Shown: one piece after another, positions 33,694 to 42,713 of the stretch
How the letters are laid out: each line of letters begins with the position of its first letter
Position numbering within the stretch: the first letter of the stretch is position 1
Source: a virus
Taxonomy: Duplodnaviria > Caudoviricetes
IMG/VR virus record: IMGVR_UViG_3300032038_000011
Span: 32,001-96,000 of that record
Direction: 5' to 3' (one strand)
Length of the DNA: 64,000 nucleotides
Notes under the pieces: generated by a model
Told to the model about the DNA's origin: nothing
Database searches by the model: none
The model's input: the letters and a program-made list of their open reading frames with translations, nothing else
Program-made: the position numbers and the translations under genes

Positions 33694-33768
33694 TGGTGGG
33701 GATAGTGGGAGTCGGACCCACCGTACCGAAATTAAAAGTTTCGTGCCATACCGCTTGGCTATATCCCC
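33694..33768 (-). tRNA. tRNA-Lys(UUU), atypical
   Basis: Full 75-nt cloverleaf GGGGATA/TATCCCC, anticodon loop CTTTTAA, encoded CCA; T-loop TCCGACT is non-canonical. Confidence 0.8.
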
Positions 33769-34019
33769 ATACCACTTGGCTACACCCTCATAAGTTTTGG
33801 GAGTTCCTTTCCTCTCCCTCAACTGTAATTATTATAGCAGAATTAGAATGAAATGTCAAGTATTGGGATAGTTAAGATTTGGAAAATTAGAAATTACGGG
33901 ATTTCTAATTAAAATGAAATTAACAGAAAAAAGTATTGACAAGGAAATGAAATTCTGCTATAATAATAACTGTCAAGAGGACAAGGAAAAGTCCTAAAAA
34001 CCAGAAAGGATTTCAACTT

Positions 34020-34322
34020 ATGGCTATGACTGCTGCTGAAATGAAGGCTACTGCTCGTCAGGCAACTATCGCGGCTATTATGCCGTCCCTCCAGGAAAAC
34101 AACGCAATTAAGTTTGCGGACGGTTCCTTCGCTATCCTTCAGAATGTTGAAGGTCAGGATATTTGGACGGAAGTAACCGTCAAGTCCAAGGCTTACAAGG
34201 ATACCAAGGTATCCAAGGCGTTCAATCCGCGCGAAGCGGCGCAGGCGTGGGAAGCCGAACGTCAGATTAAGGCAGATAATAAGGCTGCCAAAGAAGCCGA
34301 AAAGGCGGCGAAGAAGGCGTAA
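34020..34322 (+). CDS. Lys/Ala-tail paralog, inverted relative to its neighbours
   Basis: 100-aa ORF with own promoter and leader, between sites 33881 and 34343. Confidence 0.75.
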   Translation: MAMTAAEMKATARQATIAAIMPSLQENNAIKFADGSFAILQNVEGQDIWTEVTVKSKAYKDTKVSKAFNPREAAQAWEAERQIKADNKAAKEAEKAAKKA

Positions 34323-34839
34323 GCCTTCTTCTTTTAATTTATTGTAAATTAGGTTGAACGTATAATATAATTTACATATAGTTAAAATAATAAGGATTAA
34401 ATCCTTATTATCATTCTTTCTTTTTCTTTACTATAACGATAAGATTTTACTTCTTTATATTTAAGTTTGTCAGGAATTTCACTAACTAAACCAACGTATA
34501 AAGCGCGACTGGTGTTAGGGTTCCAAATAATTACACGATTAACAATAACTTTGGTTTGTGCTGCGCGGATTAATCCTGCTACAATCATTATTTATCTCCT
34601 TTCATAGCTTCACGACAAATCTGCTTCCCTTCTTTACGTTCTTGTTTTTTATTTTTCTTCTTTGCGGGCATCACAGAAGGGCGATAGCCACACCAAGTTT
34701 CACGGTTCTGATTTTTCTTTTCCATTATATTCCCTCTCTTTCTATAAATAGTATATACTATTTTCTTCAATAAGTCAAGTTAATTATTTGTAATATAGAT
34801 TAAACGTACAGTGTAATTAACATAGAAATAAAGTGACGG

Positions 34840-35295
34840 TTAAACCGTCACTTCGTGGGGCAGGAACTGATTGTTATCGTCTTTTTCTTCTTCTTCAGGG
34901 TCAGGTGCGTGAATCATAGCCTGAAGCCCTTCGGTGTTGAGTTTCTTAATCGTCTTTTTCGCGGCGCGCTTGCGCTCCTTTTCTGCTGCTTCGCGCTCGG
35001 CCTTTTCCTTGCGCTTTGCTGCTTTGTCAGCCTTATCGGCCTTGACAAGTTCCCATTCATCATGGGCTGCGTAACCGTCATAGGCATCATAACCGCCGTC
35101 ACCATTGCGGGAGCCGCGCGGAATAGATACCTTAATCAGCGCAAACTTTTCATTGCCTTCGGCATCGACAACAGGCATAGCGAGTTCGCTTGCGCTAACA
35201 TCCATCACATCAGCGTCGTAGTGTTCAGACAGAGCGGCGGTCAGAACGGCAAGAACATCATTGCGAATCGCGGTTTCCAGTGCTGCTTGTGTCAT
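34840..35295 (-). CDS. Lys/Ala-tail paralog
   Basis: 151-aa ORF with the conserved leader. Confidence 0.75.
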   Translation of the reverse strand: MTQAALETAIRNDVLAVLTAALSEHYDADVMDVSASELAMPVVDAEGNEKFALIKVSIPRGSRNGDGGYDAYDGYAAHDEWELVKADKADKAAKRKEKAEREAAEKERKRAAKKTIKKLNTEGLQAMIHAPDPEEEEKDDNNQFLPHEVTV

Positions 35296-35558
35296 AGCAT
35301 TTCCTTTCTGGTTTAGTGTTGTCCTTCACTTTGTAGGTATATTATAGCAGATTTGAGAGGAGAAGTCAAGTTAAATAATTGTTACGATAATTGCGGAAAC
35401 AATCAAAATGTCAACGGCAAGAACCAAATAGATAAACATTTTGTTTCTCCTTTCATTTTCTATAAATATTATAGCATAAATTCTGTTGCTTGTCAAGTAA
35501 ATTTTTTGTTAAATACATACGACGTATAATTTAATTAACTTGAAATTAAAAAAGGCGG

Positions 35559-35999
35559 TTATCCCGTCTTTATCATTTGTGAAAGAATTTCAAAAATCTT
35601 TTCCGGTTCATAAGCTCCATTTCCCCACGCTGTGCGGTTTCTTTCTTCATCATCAAAAAGAATCCCGCCGCCTGTTACTGTGAGTTTATTTGTGCCATAA
35701 CGTTCAATTTTAATATAATCAAAATTAACGGAAGGCAAATGTTTTGCTAACCAGTAAAATTTTGCGATACTGATTTTAACCAAAAAATCGTCCGAGCCGT
35801 GTTTAGAACCCCATGAAATAATACCGATTTCATGGCCTTGGGTTTGTAGTTTGTTAAGATAACGAGCAAGCAAACTCATGTTAATAAGAGGTTTTGCCGC
35901 ATTATAAGGCGTGGTATCTTCATTTTGAAGATAATTCAACCAACCTTCAACGCCGTAAAAATCCGCAATAGTTCCATCCATATCCAACCAAATCTTCAT
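35559..35999 (-). CDS. HAD-superfamily 5'(3')-nucleotidase-like protein
   Basis: DMDGTIADF motif I and ILFDD motif IV. Confidence 0.8.
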   Translation of the reverse strand: MKIWLDMDGTIADFYGVEGWLNYLQNEDTTPYNAAKPLINMSLLARYLNKLQTQGHEIGIISWGSKHGSDDFLVKISIAKFYWLAKHLPSVNFDYIKIERYGTNKLTVTGGGILFDDEERNRTAWGNGAYEPEKIFEILSQMIKTG

Positions 36000-36117
36000 A
36001 ACACAAAACCCCTCTCATTTGATGTATTAAGTATAACATATATGGATTAAGAAGTCAAGTTAAATGTTTGTTATTTAGATTGGACGTTTAACCTAATTTA
36101 CATATAATTAAAGTGGA

Positions 36118-36489
36118 TTATTCATCCACTTTAACCCATTCCATTGTGCGTGTATCATATCTAAACAGACCGACCGCGCAACTAAAATCTTCATTATATA
36201 TACATGCGCTGATATTTTCACGAATAAACTCTGTTTCATCATCTGTGAAACTACCATTTCTTCGACAAAAGACACAACAACCATAGGCATCATCAAGCCA
36301 TTTTATCCAATCTTCAACATCAGGAGAAGAGCCAGGAGGAAGAATTTCTTCCATATTTTTATCATAGAAAGAAATTTTATTAGCAATACTTAATGCTAAA
36401 CCATAACCGATATTTTCATACTGTATACACGCATGGTAGTTATCAAATTCTTTATCATCATAAGCATAATACATAGTAACCTCGCGCAT
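36118..36489 (-). CDS. hypothetical single-gene cassette
   Basis: 123-aa ORF between sites 36069 and 36559 with own promoter. Confidence 0.65.
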   Translation of the reverse strand: MREVTMYYAYDDKEFDNYHACIQYENIGYGLALSIANKISFYDKNMEEILPPGSSPDVEDWIKWLDDAYGCCVFCRRNGSFTDDETEFIRENISACIYNEDFSCAVGLFRYDTRTMEWVKVDE

Positions 36490-37755
36490 AATTTATATCC
36501 TCTTTCATTTGATGTATATATTATATGCCATTTAGAATAAAATGTCAAGTTAAAATATTATTATATAAAAGAGACGTATAGTTTAATTAACATTTATATA
36601 ATAAAAAACGCGGTTATTGTTCCGCGTTATAGAATACCAGTAAATCAATAGCATTATTGATTTCAGTTATTGCTTTATTAAGACTTCGCTTGGCTTCGGT
36701 TTCGTAATGTCCCGCGTCTTGCGTTATAATATCATCAATAGTCATATCACAATAGTCTCGTGCGCGAATAAGAAGTTCAATATCATATTTCATATTATTT
36801 ATTCTCCTTCCATTTTTCATATACTCTTACAAGTTGGTCTGCTGTAGCTAAAAGAGAATAGACATCTATTGCGTCTTGACTATTACCTTCAAAATCACTT
36901 GACAGCTCATTTTCCAGCTGATATAGTGTACGAATAGTAGCTTTCAGCTTTTCCAGCTGTTCAGTAGTAAGTTTCTTCATATCCAGCTCCAGCTCCTCTC
37001 TTTTTTCTATATATATTATACCAGCTTCCAGCTCAGAAGTCAAGTTAATAATAGGTTAAGTTCAGCTAAAATTAGGTAGCACTAACAGACCCGATACACG
37101 GGCCGCTTTACTTAATTTTAACAGCATCTTAACCAAAAATCAATCACTCCTTAACACAGTCATAACAATTCACCTTCTTTCCTATAATATTCCACCATTA
37201 TTAATTATACCAAATTTCGCAAGGGTTGTCAAGTTAAATGTTCGTAAATTAGAGTAGCCGGATAGTCTAATTTACATTAGCTTAAAAAAGAATAGGCCAT
37301 TGGCCTATTCCCAATCTTCATCAAAATTTAACATTTCCAAATCTTCATCGAAGAAGAGTTCCATGGCCTCTTCAAGTTCCTTAACGCCATCTTCATCAAA
37401 GATGTGGTTAATTCTGTCCATGTCGCGGGCCATGTGGTAAATCATGCGCCATGCGGTCTTAATGTTCTTTTTACGTCCATCTCTGAACCAATAGTCGTCG
37501 GCGTCAAAGTCCCACATGTTGATTTCAAACATGCCATTGTCGTAAATGTAACCATAAACCAAAACGTGGCGAATCTGAATCTGGAAAAACATTGTAAAAT
37601 CTCCTCTCATGTTGTCGTTATTGTTGAACCGTTTTTTATTTTATTATACCACAAAAAAATGATTTGTCAATAGTTTTTCTATGTTAAAATTACGTATATT
37701 AGAATATCCGGATATTCTAATTAACATAAAAATAAAAGAAGGCAGGCGCCTTCTT

Positions 37756-37938
37756 TTAATCCTCATAGGTGTCAGTGCCTGCCTGCCGGATTGCCCACCG
37801 CTTTGCGCCGGCGATAGTTTTGAATCCTTTGCCAAGTCGCCAGCCCCAAGTACCACCTTCACCAACGTGATACTTGCCATCAGGCATCGGGGTGTCATCC
37901 CAAGTATAGTAATGTTCGCGATTGCCGACTGTGTTCAT
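37756..37938 (-). CDS. small protein, paralog of 43610-43804
   Basis: HYYT.D..P..DGKYHVGEG...KT..GAK.WA shared. Confidence 0.7.
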   Translation of the reverse strand: MNTVGNREHYYTWDDTPMPDGKYHVGEGGTWGWRLGKGFKTIAGAKRWAIRQAGTDTYED

Positions 37939-38061
37939 GTGAGTTACCTCCTTCATTTGATGATTTATTATAACATGGATAGGGGTATATTGTCAAGTTA
38001 AAAGTGCGTAAATTAGATGATACGTATCTTCTAATTTACATATAGTCAACATAAAAGGGGA

Positions 38062-38280
38062 TTAACCCCTTATATGTTGCGAATTGAAAGCGGCAACAAT
38101 CTCCCGAATTGTGTCGTTTTCGTTAAGAAGCGCCAAAGTACAAAATACAACTTCGGGGTTCTCGATGTAAATGATATACGCGCCCAAAGCGGCGTTAAAG
38201 TCGTTTGTATATTCTACTTTGACTTCTTCTTCTTTGGTGTACATGGTAACAAACTTGGTGGTAATGCTGTACTTTTTCAT
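38062..38280 (-). CDS. hypothetical single-gene cassette
   Basis: Between sites 38007 and 38349, with promoter and RBS. Confidence 0.65.
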   Translation of the reverse strand: MKKYSITTKFVTMYTKEEEVKVEYTNDFNAALGAYIIYIENPEVVFCTLALLNENDTIREIVAAFNSQHIRG

Positions 38281-38400
38281 GGTATTAACTCCCTTCATTT
38301 GATGATTTATTATAGCATGAATTGACGCAGTTTGTCAAGTTAATTGTGCGTAAATTAGATAGTACGGTTATTCTAATTTACATGGAATTAAAAGAAGGGA

Positions 38401-38625
38401 TTAAATCCCCTCTTTGAAAGTCGTGACTTCGATATACATGAAATTTGCTTCGTTGGTATCGGGGTCACGATAGTAAATAACTGTAACTGTGTCACCATAA
38501 TCAAATCCTTCACACAGGTAGCCACAAATCGAAAGACGATTCATAGCAGCGGCGATAGCATGGTTCATGGTATCGCGGGCGGCGATGATTTCACTGTTCT
38601 CATGGATAACGAAAATGCTCTTCAT
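38401..38625 (-). CDS. hypothetical single-gene cassette, paralog of 39113-39361
   Basis: Shared M..AI..A and F.YG...T.I.Y pattern. Confidence 0.65.
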   Translation of the reverse strand: MKSIFVIHENSEIIAARDTMNHAIAAAMNRLSICGYLCEGFDYGDTVTVIYYRDPDTNEANFMYIEVTTFKEGI

Positions 38626-38763
38626 AGGTTTATACCCCCTTCATTTGATGGATATATTATACCATTTTTCAGTGTTAAAAAACAAGCAATTGGAAGTTAA
38701 ACGTTAGTAAATTAGAATCTACGTTTATTCTAATTTACATATACTTAATAAAGAAGTGGAGGA

Positions 38764-38982
38764 TTAATCCTCCACGTAAAATCGCGGGTAGCGACCGACC
38801 TCGCTGTTATTACAGTTATAATAACAAAATTCGTTGTAGAAATTGTTAAAATTGCGGAACATCCAACCGGGTTTCATGTGGACAGCGAATTGCGAATCAG
38901 GACGCATATTCGCGGGTACAATGATGAACGGCTTTTTTTGTTCGTAGAGTTTACGGGCCTGCACTTTGTTAATCTGTTTCAT
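38764..38982 (-). CDS. hypothetical single-gene cassette
   Basis: Between sites 38706 and 39051; GGAGG RBS. Confidence 0.65.
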   Translation of the reverse strand: MKQINKVQARKLYEQKKPFIIVPANMRPDSQFAVHMKPGWMFRNFNNFYNEFCYYNCNNSEVGRYPRFYVED

Positions 38983-39112
38983 GGGATTGCCTCCTCTCAA
39001 TTTCTGTATATATTATAATACATAAAAAGCTATATGTCAAGTTAAACATTTGTAAATTAGACTGGCCGTATAGTCTAATTTACATACAGATAATAAAATG
39101 GGCTTGCGCCCA

Positions 39113-39361
39113 TTAGGTTTCAAGTTCGGCTTCGGTGATAACAATTGTGCCGGTTTCGGTTGTGCTTTCAGAGTACAAGCGCGGGACAAAGACTTTGTAT
39201 TCGATGGTAGTGTAGCCTTCGCCATAGGCGAAGTCAGTTACTTCATAGTTGGCATGGTGCGCGTATTGGATAGCGTTTTTGATGGCGCTGTCCATATCTT
39301 TGCAGATGACAACAACATCGGCCTCGCGGTTATCATAGACGACATACAGGAACTTACTCAT
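39113..39361 (-). CDS. hypothetical single-gene cassette
   Basis: Between sites 39051 and 39439; GGAGG RBS. Confidence 0.65.
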   Translation of the reverse strand: MSKFLYVVYDNREADVVVICKDMDSAIKNAIQYAHHANYEVTDFAYGEGYTTIEYKVFVPRLYSESTTETGTIVITEAELET

Positions 39362-39949
39362 GGTAGTTACCTCCTTCATTTGATGTCTTATTATACCATT
39401 TTCAATGTTAAGAAGTAAGCATGATATGATTAAACGTTTGTAAATTAGATTCTACGGTTACTCTAATTTACATTGGTATAATAAAAGCCGCGCGGTTAGC
39501 TACTCCGCGCGGTTGGCTCGTTCGCGGTCAGTGCGCCACTTCTGCCGCGGGTCAGTTCACTTACGTTACGCGGGATTATGCTACAACTGCCACGTTGCAC
39601 ATTGTCCCTTGCTCTAATAGGGTGGATTCATTGTCAAGCACCTCAAACACTATTGCAGGACATTTAATGACGATGGAGGAACGGCTGACTACTGCGGTGG
39701 CTCGTTCATTCTTTATCTCCCCTTTCGACAAGTCTATTATAACATGAGATATGGGATGTGTCAAGTTAAACGTTTGTTAATTAGATAATTTGTTTTGGGA
39801 AATGAAATAGGATTTTATTTGTAAATAATATGTTAATTTTGGGAAAAGAAATATAAAATGAAATTGGAAAAAGTTAAAGGAAAGTAAAATAAAATTGACG
39901 TTGAGTGTAATTTACATAATATTAAAATGAAATTGCGGTTTCCCGCAAT

Positions 39950-40258
39950 TTACCATGTACACATTACTTTTAACATTCCATTGTCTATTTTAATTACGGT
40001 CGAAAAACCAAGTTCTTCTAATTCTGATTTTAGACCTATTTTCAAATAATTTTGTGATTCTTCTGAAACAAGTCCCATACACAGCAGATTAAAATCATCG
40101 GCTGCGCTTTGATAGCCGGCATTAGCTGCGGCAAAATTTGCTTCGTTCATTTTATATAATACCGCAGGAACAAAATCGTTTTTAATACGATTGTATTCGG
40201 CAAGACGAGCATCAGAGGAAACCTTGCGAAGAGTAGCGGCATTGTAGATAGGCGTCAT
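39950..40258 (-). CDS. hypothetical single-gene cassette
   Basis: Between sites 39883 and 40329; AA..GY...LEELGF..W resembles the 21899-22404 proteins. Confidence 0.6.
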   Translation of the reverse strand: MTPIYNAATLRKVSSDARLAEYNRIKNDFVPAVLYKMNEANFAAANAGYQSAADDFNLLCMGLVSEESQNYLKIGLKSELEELGFSTVIKIDNGMLKVMCTW

Positions 40259-40392
40259 ATTTATAATCTCCTTTGCTTTTCTTGTATATAGTATATCATA
40301 TATATAAAAGGGCGTCAAGTTAAATGATTATTAATTAGACTATACGTTCAATGTAATTTACAGAAAAGCAAAATAAAACGCGGTTGCCCGCG

Positions 40393-40656
40393 TTAAGGTT
40401 TCTTTGTACAAAGAATAACTTTGGAGTAGTGAGTGAGATATGTAATACCGTTCATTGTAAACTGAACGACATCAGATTCGTCAAAGTCGCGCCATGACGT
40501 TACTGTGCCTTCAATAAGTTCGCCGTTGCCGAGTTCAAGAATTGCGTGGGTAAAAGTCTGGGTTGTGTCCCAACCAACTTGGCGATTGCCAACTCGGCAA
40601 GCAGTCAGCGCGAGAGCAAGGGAGAGAATGAGAACCACACAAATAATCTTCTTCAT
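40393..40656 (-). CDS. putative lipoprotein
   Basis: Signal peptide with lipobox LTAC. Confidence 0.7.
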   Translation of the reverse strand: MKKIICVVLILSLALALTACRVGNRQVGWDTTQTFTHAILELGNGELIEGTVTSWRDFDESDVVQFTMNGITYLTHYSKVILCTKKP

Positions 40657-40837
40657 TTTGGGATACCGTTCCTTTCTTTTTTCTTGAATTTATTATAGCA
40701 TAATTATTTTGAAATGTCAAGTTAAAAGGTTGTTAAATAGAATTGACGTTTGATGTAATTTACAATTGTTTAACTTGACATTTCGGGATTGCTATGTTAT
40801 AATGATTACAGAAATTAAGAGAGCGAGGTAATTTGAA

Positions 40838-41026
40838 ATGAAAAGAAAGTGCTACGTTGTTGAAATGAACTCCGCGCTGGATGGTCTGTTTGAACAGTTG
40901 GATGATTACGGTTTTGATTATGAATGTGAAGAGCATTGGCCCGCGCCCGGTTATATAGAAATTTACGTGCTGTATTATCCTCATGAGATTCGGGACTTGG
41001 AAAATATTTTCGCGCCGTATGTTTAA
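40838..41026 (+). CDS. small acidic protein, inverted single-gene cassette
   Basis: Between sites 40731 and 41050, with promoter TTGACA at 40775. Confidence 0.7.
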   Translation: MKRKCYVVEMNSALDGLFEQLDDYGFDYECEEHWPAPGYIEIYVLYYPHEIRDLENIFAPYV

Positions 41027-41777
41027 CATACGGTTTTATTTTGAAATTATGTTAATTAGAGGATACGTAGTATCTAATTTACATTGAATTAAAATTATGG
41101 GATACATCAAAAGATGTATCCCTGCATCATTTCATCAAATTCTGAAAATGAAATGCCGTTTTCGTCGGGGTCAAGAATGTTCGCCTGATAGTCCCAATAA
41201 ATACGCACCTGTTCCTCAGAAGTCAGATTTTCCCACTCCATACGGGATACCTCGCTTTCGTTTGTTTGCAAGATTATTATAGCAAAAATAAAATGAAATG
41301 TCAAGTTAAATGATTATTAATTAGATTATACGTGCGGTCTAATTAACAGGAATTTAAAATAAAATTGCGAAACTTTTTATGTTTCGCAATTTGAAATTGA
41401 AATTAAGGAATTAATATTTCCTTAACATCCCATTTCATTCCCGTGCAATGCGTGCGCCAATTTGCCGCATTTTGTGCCTCTTCGCGCGTGCGATAGTAGG
41501 AAGAACCTTGAAAACCACCACAATAGATTGCATACACTGTCATTTTAGGAAAATCCCCTTTCGTTTGTTTCTGAAATTATTATATCATTTTTGAAATGAA
41601 ATGTCAAGTTATTTTTATGTAAAATAGAACTTACGTTTAATATAATTTACATAAATTTAATTTGGGTTAGTTTTGGGATTGTCTAAATATTGTCATAATA
41701 AAAACTTTAAAAAGGGTTTGATTTTGAAATTAGTTTATGATATAATATATATAGAAAAGCAAGGGAGGTTTTGGGAT

Positions 41778-41957
41778 ATGCGCGCGAAAGACTATAAGAA
41801 AAGGAATAGTTTTTCATATAAAATTAAAATGTGGTTTTATCGGCTGACTTTTCGGGATGTTATGTCTACCAGTAAAATTGTTATTATTTCTATAATAAAT
41901 TTTATAATGGCGGTTTTAGGATTCTTAATCCTCTTTTTTGGCCCGTCATTTCTTTAA
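41778..41957 (+). CDS. small membrane protein, inverted cassette
   Basis: GGGAGG RBS, hydrophobic C-terminus; between sites 41618 and 41995. Confidence 0.55.
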   Translation: MRAKDYKKRNSFSYKIKMWFYRLTFRDVMSTSKIVIISIINFIMAVLGFLILFFGPSFL

Positions 41958-42055
41958 GAAAATGAAATGAAATTAGGGTGTGAGGTTTCGGGAATGTAAA
42001 TTATATCATACGTATTTTATAATTAACAAAAATAAAATAAAATAAAAGGTTGGAA

Positions 42056-42355
42056 TTACTTCCAACCTTCCATATATCCTGCGTATCGAATCATAACAAT
42101 TTCATCATCGTAAATGGTAGGCGTGTCACGTTCTTCCATTATCGCGGCGACAATATCACCGCAGTCGAAATCTTCGATTCCTTGCCATATCCATTCATTG
42201 CCATTGAAGTCTACGAGAACCATAAAGTTCTGTTCGTAGTTAATTAAGTCAACTACGAAAGCTTGAGGATACTGTTCTGCGCTGGCACAAGCCACAATTC
42301 CCATAAAGATAGCACAAGCAACAACGATACACCAAACAATAACAAACTTCTTCAT
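42056..42355 (-). CDS. putative exported protein
   Basis: Signal peptide ending ASA; between sites 41995 and 42424. Confidence 0.65.
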   Translation of the reverse strand: MKKFVIVWCIVVACAIFMGIVACASAEQYPQAFVVDLINYEQNFMVLVDFNGNEWIWQGIEDFDCGDIVAAIMEERDTPTIYDDEIVMIRYAGYMEGWK

Positions 42356-42473
42356 ACTATATACTCCCTTCATTTGATGGTATAAGTATAACATATATAT
42401 AGTATGATGTCAAGTTAAACTACTGTAAATTAGATAATACGTTTACTCTAATTAACATAGAGTTATCGCGGAT

Positions 42474-42713
42474 TTAACCTCCGCGATAATTTGGATGAAC
42501 TCGTTCGTATGCACTAACTTTTCTAAAACTGTTATATTCTTGTTGCGTTATCTCTTTGCCGAATATAACCATTTTAGTGTGCTTAACACTTGGCATTTTT
42601 CGCGCTTTGTCGCAAGCCTCAAGCAAATTATTTGCTTTGAAAACAAACTTAATTTCAGTGCTTCGACCTGTTCCGCAATGTCCACGATGACAAACGACTT
42701 CAAAGTATTTCAT
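42474..42713 (-). CDS. hypothetical single-gene cassette
   Basis: 79-aa basic ORF between sites 42424 and 42784. Confidence 0.65.
   Translation of the reverse strand: MKYFEVVCHRGHCGTGRSTEIKFVFKANNLLEACDKARKMPSVKHTKMVIFGKEITQQEYNSFRKVSAYERVHPNYRGG

Noticed and set aside
33071-33768. Group I intron splitting a tRNA around the endonuclease
   Set aside because: The tRNA-Lys is complete, the minihelix has its own promoter and a different acceptor stem, and no intron core motifs were recognised.
37060-37110. Possible 35th site
   Set aside because: Only a partial arm (CTAAAATTAGG), with no correctly spaced CG or second arm.
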